DNA of 64,000 nucleotides from an uncultured Candidatus Saccharibacteria bacterium (GTDB lineage Bacteria; Patescibacteriota; Doudnabacteria; UBA920). The notes beneath the pieces were generated by a model. That model worked only from the letters and a program-made list of their open reading frames with translations, was not told the origin of the DNA and did no database searches. The stretch is taken from assembly GCA_964474825.1 (NCBI GenBank), contig CAYYWQ010000001.1:1189-65188 (forward strand). Direction: 5' to 3'. Below are positions 55,263 to 64,000 of the stretch, one piece after another. Positions within the stretch are counted from its first letter, which is position 1, and each line of letters opens with the position of its first letter. Position numbers and translations under genes: made by a program.

Positions 55263-56429
55263 ATGAAGACAAAAATAAAACTTGTTTTTCTCTTGGTTTT
55301 TTTGCTTGCTGTAGGCTTGGGCTTTGTTTATTTTAGAAGCCAACAGCTAAAGCCCTTTTTGTATGTTAAAAATAAGGAAGAACAACCAATTGCTCCAGCG
55401 CCAACACCGCAGCCTACGCTTGATGTCCGTGCTTATGATCAAAAGTTAATGGAGATTGCGAATAATCCTATTGTTCCATCGTCCAGCGCGTCTAGTACCT
55501 TAAACCTAAAACCTAATTTGTGGCCTGTAAAAACTGTTTATCCAAATTATGGCGCGCTGTTGCCTTTTAACCGTATTGTAGCTTACTACGGAAATTTGTA
55601 TTCGCAGAATATGGGGGTGTTGGGCGAGTATCCGGAAGAGGAGATGCTTAAGCGATTATCGGTAGAAGTAAAAAAATGGCAGGCTGCAGACCCAAGTACC
55701 CCTGTTATTCCCGCGTTGCATTACATTGCAATTGTGGCTCAAGCAGGGCCTGGGAGGGATGGTTTATATCGCGCCCGAATGCCGCATTCGGAAATAGACA
55801 AAGTTGTGACTATGGCACAGAAAATAAACCCCGCAACTTTTTGTCAAAAATTGAAAGATGAGAATCTAATACCAGAAGGATCGTCATCACCATCATCGGA
55901 TGAAGTTTCCACAAAGTGCGGGGCAAGCGCCTTAGTGTTTTTAGACATTCAAATTGGGCTTAGTAATGTGCAAACAGAAGTGCCATTGCTTGAAAAATAT
56001 TTAAAACTGCCTAATGTGCATTTGGGTATAGACCCGGAATTTGCAATGGAAGATGGAGAAAAGCCGGGAACGGTTATTGGTTCGCTGGATGCCAGTGACA
56101 TAAATTTCGCCGCGGAATATTTGGCAAAAATTGCCAAAGAAAATAATTTGCCACCAAAAATTTTAATTATCCACCGCTTTACCCAAAACATGGTTACTAA
56201 TTACAAACAAATTACCCCTTTGGAGGATACGCAAGTAATTATGGACATGGACGGCTTTGGCAGCCAAGGGAGCAAGCTAAATACTTACAAACAATACATT
56301 TATAAACAACCCGTGCAGTTTACCGGGTTTAAACTATTTTATAAAAACGACACCGCAGTCGGCCCAATTTTAGAGCCTGAAGATTTGCTAAAGCTTAACC
56401 CAATTCCATTGTATATTCAATTTCAGTAA
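55263..56429 (+). CDS. membrane-anchored conserved hypothetical protein with in-frame insertion
   Basis: IVAYYGN, LDIQIG, HLGIDPEF, DMDGFG, GFKLFYKND. Confidence 0.8.
   Translation: MKTKIKLVFLLVFLLAVGLGFVYFRSQQLKPFLYVKNKEEQPIAPAPTPQPTLDVRAYDQKLMEIANNPIVPSSSASSTLNLKPNLWPVKTVYPNYGALLPFNRIVAYYGNLYSQNMGVLGEYPEEEMLKRLSVEVKKWQAADPSTPVIPALHYIAIVAQAGPGRDGLYRARMPHSEIDKVVTMAQKINPATFCQKLKDENLIPEGSSSPSSDEVSTKCGASALVFLDIQIGLSNVQTEVPLLEKYLKLPNVHLGIDPEFAMEDGEKPGTVIGSLDASDINFAAEYLAKIAKENNLPPKILIIHRFTQNMVTNYKQITPLEDTQVIMDMDGFGSQGSKLNTYKQYIYKQPVQFTGFKLFYKNDTAVGPILEPEDLLKLNPIPLYIQFQ
55829..55923. repeat. palindromic element inside a coding sequence
   Basis: imperfect terminal inverted repeat CCCCGCAACTTTTTGT ... 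ACAAAGTGCGGGG. Confidence 0.6.
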
Positions 56430-56465
56430 AGTTTTTTAAAAGAGCCCCTTTGTGGGGCTCTTTTT

Positions 56466-56723
56466 TTATGCTTTTATAGTAGAGGAGGCAAGCTTATGCC
56501 TCGTAGCCATTATACCAATAAAGACTACTGCTAAATAAACCAAGCCCTCGCCGCAGACCTGCATTAAGTGAGTCGGTTTGGTAAGGACTAAATATGTGCC
56601 GCTGGCAAAGGTTAGGGTAACTAAGCTGTAAGATACTCGGAGACCTTTTTGCGAAGGCTTTATAAAAATGTAGCCGGTCCAAAGCAGGCCAGAGAGCGCA
56701 ATAATTATGTGGAGAATTAACAT
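56466..56723 (-). CDS. small membrane protein at the end of the cyo operon
   Basis: three hydrophobic segments. Confidence 0.7.
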   Translation of the reverse strand: MLILHIIIALSGLLWTGYIFIKPSQKGLRVSYSLVTLTFASGTYLVLTKPTHLMQVCGEGLVYLAVVFIGIMATRHKLASSTIKA

Positions 56724-56724
56724 G

Positions 56725-57594
56725 TTATTTGTGAATTAATGAACTTATTGAAATTATAACACATAAACTGGTCAGCACCATAAGCGAGGTAGAGAACATT
56801 TTTTTTGCCCATATTTTATCATCCGCCGCGTTAAAACCTTTTATTGCGTACCATAACCATTTTAGACTGATTAAGATAATTACTAACAAATAAACATAAC
56901 CGGTAAATTTAAAATAAGTAAGGGAAGCCGCCGCAACCATAAAGAGCAGGATGTATATAAGCATTTGGATTTTGGTTGCCCTTATGCCTTTTTTTATTGG
57001 CAATACAGGAATGTTTGCTGAAGTGTAGTCGTTTAACCTATGCATTGCTATGGAATAAAAGTGCGGCATTTGCCAAAAGACTAAAATTAAAAATAATATT
57101 AACGCTCCTGCATCGAACCCGTTGGTTACTGCAGTGTAGCCCACAACCGGGGGAGTAGCGCCGGCAATACTGCCAATTAAAGTGGCGTGGACATTTCTGT
57201 GCTTAAAAGGAGTGTAGATTAATACATAAACAATCCATCCGGTTATTGCGGCAATTAGGGCTGAGTTGTTTACGTGATGATGTAGAGCCACAATTCCCAG
57301 AAGTAATAAAATTATTCCGAAGATAATAGCATTAGTTTTGGAAATTTTTCCGGTAACCATGGCGCGGTTTTTGGTGCGCTGCATTTTAGCATCAATGTGC
57401 CGGTCATAAACATTATTAAACACGCAGCCAGAGCCAATAATTAAAGACAGGCCCGCTAAGGCGGCTAAAAATAATCCCACATTAAACTGTCCTTTAGACG
57501 CAAGTAAAAACCCGGCAATTAAGCTCAGGCTATTTCCGTAAATTATACCGGGTTTGGTTAAATGATAATAAGCTTTGATCATACAGAAAATCAT
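56725..57594 (-). CDS. cyoE: heme O synthase (protoheme IX farnesyltransferase)
   Basis: LTKPGI, NNVYDRHIDAKMQRTKNR, WQMPHF. Confidence 0.95.
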   Translation of the reverse strand: MIFCMIKAYYHLTKPGIIYGNSLSLIAGFLLASKGQFNVGLFLAALAGLSLIIGSGCVFNNVYDRHIDAKMQRTKNRAMVTGKISKTNAIIFGIILLLLGIVALHHHVNNSALIAAITGWIVYVLIYTPFKHRNVHATLIGSIAGATPPVVGYTAVTNGFDAGALILFLILVFWQMPHFYSIAMHRLNDYTSANIPVLPIKKGIRATKIQMLIYILLFMVAAASLTYFKFTGYVYLLVIILISLKWLWYAIKGFNAADDKIWAKKMFSTSLMVLTSLCVIISISSLIHK

Positions 57595-57681
57595 TTTTCT
57601 ACTAAATACGAAAATAACTAAAAATACTAAACTTAAACTTCTAGATTTCGTACTTTAGTTTAATTTAGTATTTAGTAGAGA

Positions 57682-58038
57682 TTATTTATGCATGCCCTCA
57701 GACTTCATCATGTAATTATTCATTTCTGTTGGAGTCATGTTGTAGTTTAGGTGGTTCATAATCCAAAGCGAACCAATAACTAAAATAAGAACAATAGAAA
57801 GTGTGGAGAAAAAAACCACTAAGTTCCAGTTTGAGTCTTGACCTTTGCCTAAATGTAAAAAGAAAATTAATTGCACAACCAGTTGCGTAATTGCCAAAAT
57901 CAAGACCATCCAAATTAAGAAGCTGTGTGCATACATATGGTGATGGGAAATAGTATGTCCATGCACAAAATAATACGCTACCAGTGTTAGAATAATCGAT
58001 GTTATAAATCCGGTGAAGTAAGATTTAAAAGTTGCCAT
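57682..58038 (-). CDS. cyoD: cytochrome o ubiquinol oxidase subunit IV
   Basis: QLVVQLIFFLHL, GSLWIMNHLNYNM. Confidence 0.93.
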   Translation of the reverse strand: MATFKSYFTGFITSIILTLVAYYFVHGHTISHHHMYAHSFLIWMVLILAITQLVVQLIFFLHLGKGQDSNWNLVVFFSTLSIVLILVIGSLWIMNHLNYNMTPTEMNNYMMKSEGMHK

Positions 58039-58604
58039 TAGAGTACTCCAATTAAATAAACAATGCTAAAAATAAATATCCAGACAATGTCCAAGAAATG
58101 CCAAAACAGCGCTAAGCGGGTAAGTTTGTCGGAAATAGCCTCTGTCAGTCCTCTTTTCCAAACCATAAACATGGAAACAGCTATCCACAAAAGTCCTACA
58201 ACAATGTGAAGTCCATGGGAGCCAAGCAGAGTAAAGAAAGAAGAGAGAAAGGCACTTCTTTGGGGGCCATTGCCTTCAATTATCAGATGCCGAAATTCCG
58301 TAACTTCCATTATTAAAAAAGCAAAACCCAGCAAGAAAGTAACGCCTAACCAATTTAAAACTTTATTTTTATCTGCCTTTTGCACCGCAATCATAGCAAG
58401 GCCGCAAGTAAAACTGCTGGTTAATAAAATTATAGTTTCAATTAATACAAAGGGCAGGTTGAAGAGTTTGTCCCCGCCCGGACCGCCAAAGGTGTTGTTG
58501 CGGAGAACGGCGTAAGTGGCAAACAAGGCCGCGAACATTATTAGGTCTGTCATTAAATAGACCCAAAAGCCAAATATGCTTTTTTCGTTGGTATTATGTT
58601 CCAT
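58038..58604 (-). CDS. cyoC: cytochrome o ubiquinol oxidase subunit III
   Basis: FGFWVYLMTD, SAFLSSFFTL..HGLH, FWHFLD; start set at MEHN. Confidence 0.95.
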   Translation of the reverse strand: MEHNTNEKSIFGFWVYLMTDLIMFAALFATYAVLRNNTFGGPGGDKLFNLPFVLIETIILLTSSFTCGLAMIAVQKADKNKVLNWLGVTFLLGFAFLIMEVTEFRHLIIEGNGPQRSAFLSSFFTLLGSHGLHIVVGLLWIAVSMFMVWKRGLTEAISDKLTRLALFWHFLDIVWIFIFSIVYLIGVL

Positions 58605-60576
58605 AATGTTTCCTCCCTGCTTCCATTTCCGCAACTTGCGCTGCTGGAATTGCGTACTCAGTTTCTTCGTCGAAAGAACGAATAATAACGCAACCAATTG
58701 AACCAATTAGACCTACAATTATAAGCCAAATTATTTGCCAAATAATAGCAAAACCCATTAAAAATACAAAGCCGGAAATATATATGCCTATTGCCGTATT
58801 TTTTGGCATGGTAATGTCCTGGAAGCTTGTAGTTTGTATTTTATAATCCGGGGATTTTTTTATTTCCCAAAACGCGTCCTTGTCCGTTACTGTGGGAATT
58901 TTGGCAAAATTATAAACAGGGGGAGGGGAAGCAGTAGCCCATTCCAGGGTTCTGCCGTTCCAGGGGTCGTTGTCCGCAATATTTTGTTTGCGATCCCGCA
59001 CGCTTATAAATATTTGTAAAAGTTGAAGTGCTACCCCGCAGGAAATAATTACAAACCCAACTCCCGCTACTATAAACAGCCCTTGCCAGCCCATGGAAGT
59101 GTCGTAGTGGTCAAGGCGTCTTGTCGCGCCCATTAAACCTAAAATATATAAAGGAGTAAAAGAAGTGACTACTCCAATTAGCCAAAACCAAAAGGCGTAT
59201 TTGCCAAGTCGTTCGTTTAACTTAAAACCCGTAACTTTTGGCCACCAGTAAGTAATGCCGGCAAAAATTCCAAACAAGGCACCGCCAATGACCATAGTGT
59301 GGAAATGTGCAACTAAAAATAAGCTATTGTGAAGTTGGAAATCCGCGGCCGGAACTCCAAGCAAGACTCCGGCCATACCCCCAATGGTAAATGTAACAAC
59401 AAAGCCTATAAACCAATACAGGGCGGAATGGAAAATAATTTTTCCCCGGAACATTGTGGCCAGCCAGTTAAAAACTTGTACTCCTGTGGGGATGGCAATA
59501 ATTCCGGTCATAATGCCAAAAAAAGCATTAACATCTGCTCCTGCTCCCATGGTAAAGAAGTGGTGCAACCACACGAGCATAGAGAATAGGGTAATGCCAA
59601 TGGCTCCGCCAACTAAAGATTTGTAGCCAAATAATTTTTTTTGTGAGAACGTGGCCACAACTTCCGAGTAAATGCCAAACGCCGGGATCATAAGAATATA
59701 GACTTCAGGGTGTCCCCATGACCAAATGAGGTTTACGTAAAGCATGGGGTTGCCGCCAAAGCTTGATGTAAAGAAATGCATTCCTAAAGAGCGGTCTAAA
59801 GAAAGAAGAAGTAGAGCAATTGTTAGAATAGGGAAGGCGGAAATAACTAATATCATGCTGCATAGCGAAGTCCAAACAAACATAGGCATGCGCATTAAAG
59901 TCATGCCCGGAGCTCGCATTTTTAAAATAGTAACTAAAATGTTAATGCCCGAAAGTAAACTGCCCAGGCCGGAAATTTGCAAACTCCATATCCAGTAATC
60001 TACCCCAACGCCGGGACTATAGGCTATTTCCGAGAGGGGCGGCATGGCCAGCCAGCCTGTGGCTGCGAATTCCCCGCCAAAAACAAAAAATAAATTAATT
60101 AAAGCGGCGCCTGCCACGTACAGCCAAAAACTTAAAGTGTTTAGCAAAGGAAAAGCTACGTCTCTTGCCCCAATTTGCAGAGGCAAAATAAAATTCATTA
60201 GGCCAAACAAAAAGCCTGTGGTAACAAAAAAGATCATTATGGTGCCGTGCGCGGTAAAGATTTGCTGAAAGTGGTCCGCGTTCAAATAGCCGTGGCTGCT
60301 ACCTACTGAAAGGGATTGCTGTAGCCATATCATTCCGGCGTCTAGAGCACCTCTAAAAAGCATTAAAGACGCCACAATAACATACATAATGCCGATTTTT
60401 TTGGGGTCAGTAGAAGTCAGCCATTCCTGCCATAGCCATTTCCAGCGTTTAAAATAAGTAAGAGCTATGGCGACACTAAGGCCGCCCAAAATTAAACTAA
60501 CGGTTCCGCCAATGGTAAACCATTCGTGGGGAAGAGCGGCAAGAGTTAATTTTCCAAATAAGAAGTTCATAAGCAA
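58594..60576 (-). CDS. cyoB: cytochrome o ubiquinol oxidase subunit I
   Basis: GHPEVY, VWLHHFF, LVAHFH, FRGALD quinol-site motif. Confidence 0.97.
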   Translation of the reverse strand: MLMNFLFGKLTLAALPHEWFTIGGTVSLILGGLSVAIALTYFKRWKWLWQEWLTSTDPKKIGIMYVIVASLMLFRGALDAGMIWLQQSLSVGSSHGYLNADHFQQIFTAHGTIMIFFVTTGFLFGLMNFILPLQIGARDVAFPLLNTLSFWLYVAGAALINLFFVFGGEFAATGWLAMPPLSEIAYSPGVGVDYWIWSLQISGLGSLLSGINILVTILKMRAPGMTLMRMPMFVWTSLCSMILVISAFPILTIALLLLSLDRSLGMHFFTSSFGGNPMLYVNLIWSWGHPEVYILMIPAFGIYSEVVATFSQKKLFGYKSLVGGAIGITLFSMLVWLHHFFTMGAGADVNAFFGIMTGIIAIPTGVQVFNWLATMFRGKIIFHSALYWFIGFVVTFTIGGMAGVLLGVPAADFQLHNSLFLVAHFHTMVIGGALFGIFAGITYWWPKVTGFKLNERLGKYAFWFWLIGVVTSFTPLYILGLMGATRRLDHYDTSMGWQGLFIVAGVGFVIISCGVALQLLQIFISVRDRKQNIADNDPWNGRTLEWATASPPPVYNFAKIPTVTDKDAFWEIKKSPDYKIQTTSFQDITMPKNTAIGIYISGFVFLMGFAIIWQIIWLIIVGLIGSIGCVIIRSFDEETEYAIPAAQVAEMEAGRKHYGT

Positions 60577-60618
60577 GTAAGTTAATAAGAGAGTAATCTG
60601 ATCCGCAGATTAGCTGAT

Positions 60619-61518
60619 TTACTGATTAGCTGGGGGCGGTGTCATATATTTCATCATAATATTATTATAGAGATTTTCATTAACCCTGGAATAAACAGTT
60701 TTCGGATTATTTTCACTTGGCTTCACTAGTTCGTTGTACGTCTCCATGGTTAGTATTTTTTCTGACAATTTTACTGTTTGCAACCATAGGTCAAAATCTT
60801 TTTGCGACGTTGACTTGGCAATAAACCGCATACCGGCAAATCCTTTGCCGCTTATGTCCGCAGCAGAGCCTTTAAATTCACCCGGCTTGTCTGCTATTAA
60901 ATGAAGTTGTGTTGACATTCCGGCCATGGCGTACATTTGTCCGCCAAGTTCCGGGATCCAAAAAGAATTCATTGGAGCATCGGCCGTTAGTTCAAAATTA
61001 ATAGGGGTGTTTTCCGGGAACTCCACAAAATTTACTGTGGCAATGTTGCTTTCCGGATATATAAACAGCCATTTCCATTGCAGGGCAACGACTTGGATGG
61101 TTATAGGCTTTTGGTTAGACGCAATGGGCTTGTAAGGGTCAAGCGTATGGGCGCTTTTCCAGTTTAAAATGGAAACCGCAAAAATAATCGCAGCCGGTAA
61201 TACCCAAAGTAAAGCGGTGGTTAATGGAGTACTTTCCGTGTCCGGAGAATATTGGGCGTTGCTTCCCTTTTTATATTTTAAAAGGATAACAAACAACAAA
61301 ATAAAAACAGGGATCACTATTATTAGCATTAGAAGCACTGCGCCAACAATAAGATTTTTTTGCTGCTGGGCAATAGAACCTTTAGGGCTTAAAAGAGCAA
61401 AGTTACCCAGGCTAAAATGCGGCCAGGGTATTTGGTAAAGTGAGAGTCCAATTAGCGCAAGGGCAATAATTAGGACAACGAAAACCGATAATTTGTATTT
61501 TTTCCCTTTGTTTTCCAT
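60619..61518 (-). CDS. cyoA: cytochrome o ubiquinol oxidase subunit II
   Basis: PKGSIA, WKWLFIYP, MNSFWIPELGGQ; no CuA cysteines. Confidence 0.93.
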   Translation of the reverse strand: MENKGKKYKLSVFVVLIIALALIGLSLYQIPWPHFSLGNFALLSPKGSIAQQQKNLIVGAVLLMLIIVIPVFILLFVILLKYKKGSNAQYSPDTESTPLTTALLWVLPAAIIFAVSILNWKSAHTLDPYKPIASNQKPITIQVVALQWKWLFIYPESNIATVNFVEFPENTPINFELTADAPMNSFWIPELGGQMYAMAGMSTQLHLIADKPGEFKGSAADISGKGFAGMRFIAKSTSQKDFDLWLQTVKLSEKILTMETYNELVKPSENNPKTVYSRVNENLYNNIMMKYMTPPPANQ

Positions 61519-61557
61519 GCAATTGAATATATATGATTATACCATAAAAAAACCGCC

Positions 61558-61848
61558 CTAGCTTTGGGGCGGTTTTTCCATTTCTATTTTTATTAACCAA
61601 CCTTGATCTTCCTCGTCAGGAGTGGTATCTATTTTTCGAAGTAACTCTTGAACAGCTTCTCTGGCATCTTTGCTGTGAACGGTTACTTCCATGGTATCTT
61701 CTTTACCAGCAAGCTTAGTTTTGGCTGTAAATTCTCCATTTTCATTTTGTCTAACTTCCACCACTGCTGATCTGGATTCGTCCCAATTTTCTATTTCAAA
61801 AGAAGAAATTTTTTCTCTAAGCTCTGGATTTTCGTTTATTTCGCCCAT
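61558..61848 (-). CDS. acidic hypothetical protein
   Basis: 96-aa ORF directly after purB. Confidence 0.6.
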   Translation of the reverse strand: MGEINENPELREKISSFEIENWDESRSAVVEVRQNENGEFTAKTKLAGKEDTMEVTVHSKDAREAVQELLRKIDTTPDEEDQGWLIKIEMEKPPQS

Positions 61849-61849
61849 A

Positions 61850-63226
61850 TTATTGTGAGGCTAATTTAGTTGCTAAGCCTGTGTAGTTTTCCGGTGTGAA
61901 TTGTTTAAGTTCTTTTTTAATTTTGTCAGAAACTTCCAAGTTGTCTATAAATTTGCTAAAGTCTGCTAAAGTAATGTGTTTACCGCGAGTCAGTTCCTTT
62001 AATTGTTCGTAAGGCATTTTTGCTCCTTCTCTTCTGAGCACAGTTTGAATGGCTTCGGCAATAACTTCTGAATGGTTATTTAATTCCTCACGGACCTTTT
62101 GTTCATTAACTGTAATCCGGGAAAGTCCTTTGAGTAAATATTCGTATGCAATTAAGCAGTGAGCAAGAGCGGTGCCAAAGTTGCGTTCTACGGTGGAGTC
62201 GGAAAGATCACGTTGCAGCCGGGAAATGGGAAGCTTGCGTGAAAAGAATTCAAACAACGCGTTAGCTAAACCTAAATTGCCTTCGCTGTTTTCAAACTTT
62301 ATTGGGTTAATTTTGTGAGGCATTGTGCTGCTTCCTACAGCGCCTTCTACCGGTTTTTGGATAATCCATTCGTCTGAAATGTAGCGCCAAATGTCTTGGT
62401 TAAAATCTAGTAATATAGTATTTACTCGGCGGAGGTTGTCAAAAATTTCTGCTTCGCGGTCATGCGGGTCAATTTGGGTTGTGACTTCGTTTAGTTCAAT
62501 TGCAATGGATCTGTTTTTGTTAAATTTACCAACAAAATTTTGGGCAAATTTTGGCCAGTTTGTTTTAGGGAATGCCGCAACAAGGGCATTATAGTTTCCG
62601 CTGGCACCACTGAATTTAACAGAAGTTCTTTGTTGTTTTAATTGTTCCAGTTGTTTTTGTAGTCTAACTTCAAAAACTTTAAACTCCTTGCCAAAAGTAG
62701 TAGGGGACGCAGGTTGGCCGTGAGTGCGGGAGAGCATGGGTAAATCTTTGTATTTCGAAATTAAAAGATTTAAAGAGTGAATTATTTCTTTTAGTTTAGG
62801 TAAAATAACTTGTCCTAAGCCGTCGCTAAACATGAGGCCTCTAGCTAAGGTATTTGTATCGTAAGAAGTTAGACCAAAATGTAAAAATTCTAACACGTCT
62901 TTTAGACTGCTATTTCCCAGCCTGTCCTTCATAAAATATTCTACGGCTTTAACGTCGTGGTCTGTGGCTTTTATGTTTTTATAGCCCTTGGTTTCTATGT
63001 CGGAAATTATTTGCGCATCAGATTCCGATAAGTTATAAAGCGATTGAATAAGTTTTTTTTCTTTGTCGCTTAGTTTGCGTATTAGTTTCCCTTCAGAAAG
63101 CGCAATAAAATATTCGCCCTCAACAATTAGGCGATACTTCATTAGCCCCATTTCGGAAAAAATGGGGGAAAGAGGTACAGTGGATTTTGCGTAGCGGCCG
63201 TCAATGGGGGAAATGGAAGAAAGCAT
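61850..63226 (-). CDS. purB: adenylosuccinate lyase
   Basis: ISPIDGRY, RTHGQPASPT, GSSTMPHKINP, SRLQRDLSDS. Confidence 0.97.
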   Translation of the reverse strand: MLSSISPIDGRYAKSTVPLSPIFSEMGLMKYRLIVEGEYFIALSEGKLIRKLSDKEKKLIQSLYNLSESDAQIISDIETKGYKNIKATDHDVKAVEYFMKDRLGNSSLKDVLEFLHFGLTSYDTNTLARGLMFSDGLGQVILPKLKEIIHSLNLLISKYKDLPMLSRTHGQPASPTTFGKEFKVFEVRLQKQLEQLKQQRTSVKFSGASGNYNALVAAFPKTNWPKFAQNFVGKFNKNRSIAIELNEVTTQIDPHDREAEIFDNLRRVNTILLDFNQDIWRYISDEWIIQKPVEGAVGSSTMPHKINPIKFENSEGNLGLANALFEFFSRKLPISRLQRDLSDSTVERNFGTALAHCLIAYEYLLKGLSRITVNEQKVREELNNHSEVIAEAIQTVLRREGAKMPYEQLKELTRGKHITLADFSKFIDNLEVSDKIKKELKQFTPENYTGLATKLASQ

Positions 63227-63257
63227 AGGTTTTAGCTGTTAGCTTTTAGGTGTTAGG
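63226..63257. repeat. TAG-N4 heptamer array between purC and purB
   Basis: TAGGTTT TAGCTGT TAGCTTT TAGGTGT TAGG. Confidence 0.8.
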
Positions 63258-64000
63258 ATTGATATTTTTCTAAGTTTTTTTCTATCCTGTCCAAAATTGG
63301 AGTTTCTAAATCGGTTTCGAATTTTTGTCCCGTGATCTGCTCGTAAATTTGAATGTAGCGGGAGGAGAGTTCGGCTATCATGTCTTTTGGCGCGGCGGGT
63401 AGCTCTTTGTCATTGTAGGGGTCGCAGTTTTGTTTAAACCACAGGCGCAAGAATTCTTTGTCAAAGTTGTGGGGTTCTTGGCCGGCATCTATCCTTGCCT
63501 GATAGGAATCTGCTTGCCAGTAACGGGAGGAGTCTGGCGTATGGATTTCGTCTATTAACATTAATTTTCCGTCTTCCGCCAAACCGAATTCATACTTAGT
63601 GTCTACTAAAATAAGTCCATGCTGCAATGCAAGTTCCTGGCCGCGTTTGAACAATTTAATGGCAGTTTCGGCCAGTTGATTCCACAGTTCTTCCGGCACA
63701 ATTTTTTGCTCAATAATTTCCTTTGTTGTAAGTGGGGCGTCGTGGTCGTCCGACTTTGTTGTGGGTGTTAAAACCGGCTCTGGTAATTTTTGATTTTTTT
63801 TCATGCCATCGGGCAAAGTAAAATCGCCAAAATCTCTTTGGCCGCCGGTGTAAAGCGTCCAAAGTGAAGTGCCGGTTACGCCGGTAATGTAGCCGCGAAC
63901 AACCATTTCTATTGGGATTACCGAGCCTTTTTTCACTACAACAACATTTGGGTCCGGGGACTCAATAAGATGATTTTGAATAATGTCCTTAGTATGGTCA
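63253..64000 (-). CDS. purC: SAICAR synthase (5' end beyond the window)
   Basis: IPIEMVVRGY, TPTTK, LVDTKYEFG, DEIHTPDSSRYW. Confidence 0.95.
   Translation of the reverse strand, partial: DHTKDIIQNHLIESPDPNVVVVKKGSVIPIEMVVRGYITGVTGTSLWTLYTGGQRDFGDFTLPDGMKKNQKLPEPVLTPTTKSDDHDAPLTTKEIIEQKIVPEELWNQLAETAIKLFKRGQELALQHGLILVDTKYEFGLAEDGKLMLIDEIHTPDSSRYWQADSYQARIDAGQEPHNFDKEFLRLWFKQNCDPYNDKELPAAPKDMIAELSSRYIQIYEQITGQKFETDLETPILDRIEKNLEKYQS

Noticed and set aside
58605-58706. Extended cyoC start
   Set aside because: Falls within cyoB; ATG 58604 follows GGGAGG

Overview
AT-rich bacterial chromosomal segment using the standard genetic code. Gene content and style suggest a Patescibacteria/CPR genome, possibly Doudnabacteria (inference only). 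The window opens in the 3' tail of a probable group I intron in 23S rRNA, followed by the 23S 3' end (with a ~60-nt extra helix) and 5S rRNA. Next come a cell-wall/carbon block (TrmB regulator, glmS, tdh, kbl, yvcK, GNA1-like GNAT, GlmU uridyltransferase domain only, RHH-nucleotidyltransferase fusion, gap, pyk, ppsA), tRNA-Ser, dnaG-rpoD, a polyamine operon (aguB, aguA, deoxyhypusine-synthase-like) and pyrD. A ~22-kb accessory stretch of small VOC/SRPBCC/YdhG/stress genes follows, then cyoABCDE and purB-purC. The best-supported hidden element is a tRNA-Asn(GUU) split inside its anticodon by a 538-nt group I intron that carries an HNH endonuclease ORF in the P1 loop. Other candidates are TAG-N4/N4-CTA heptamer hairpins filling intercistronic spacers, a likely RHH regulator with GTATGAT operators, an orphan ncRNA after rpoD, several riboswitch/attenuator-like leaders, in-frame palindromic insertions in proteins and unannotated stress micro-ORFs. 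All assignments are by eye; no searches were run.
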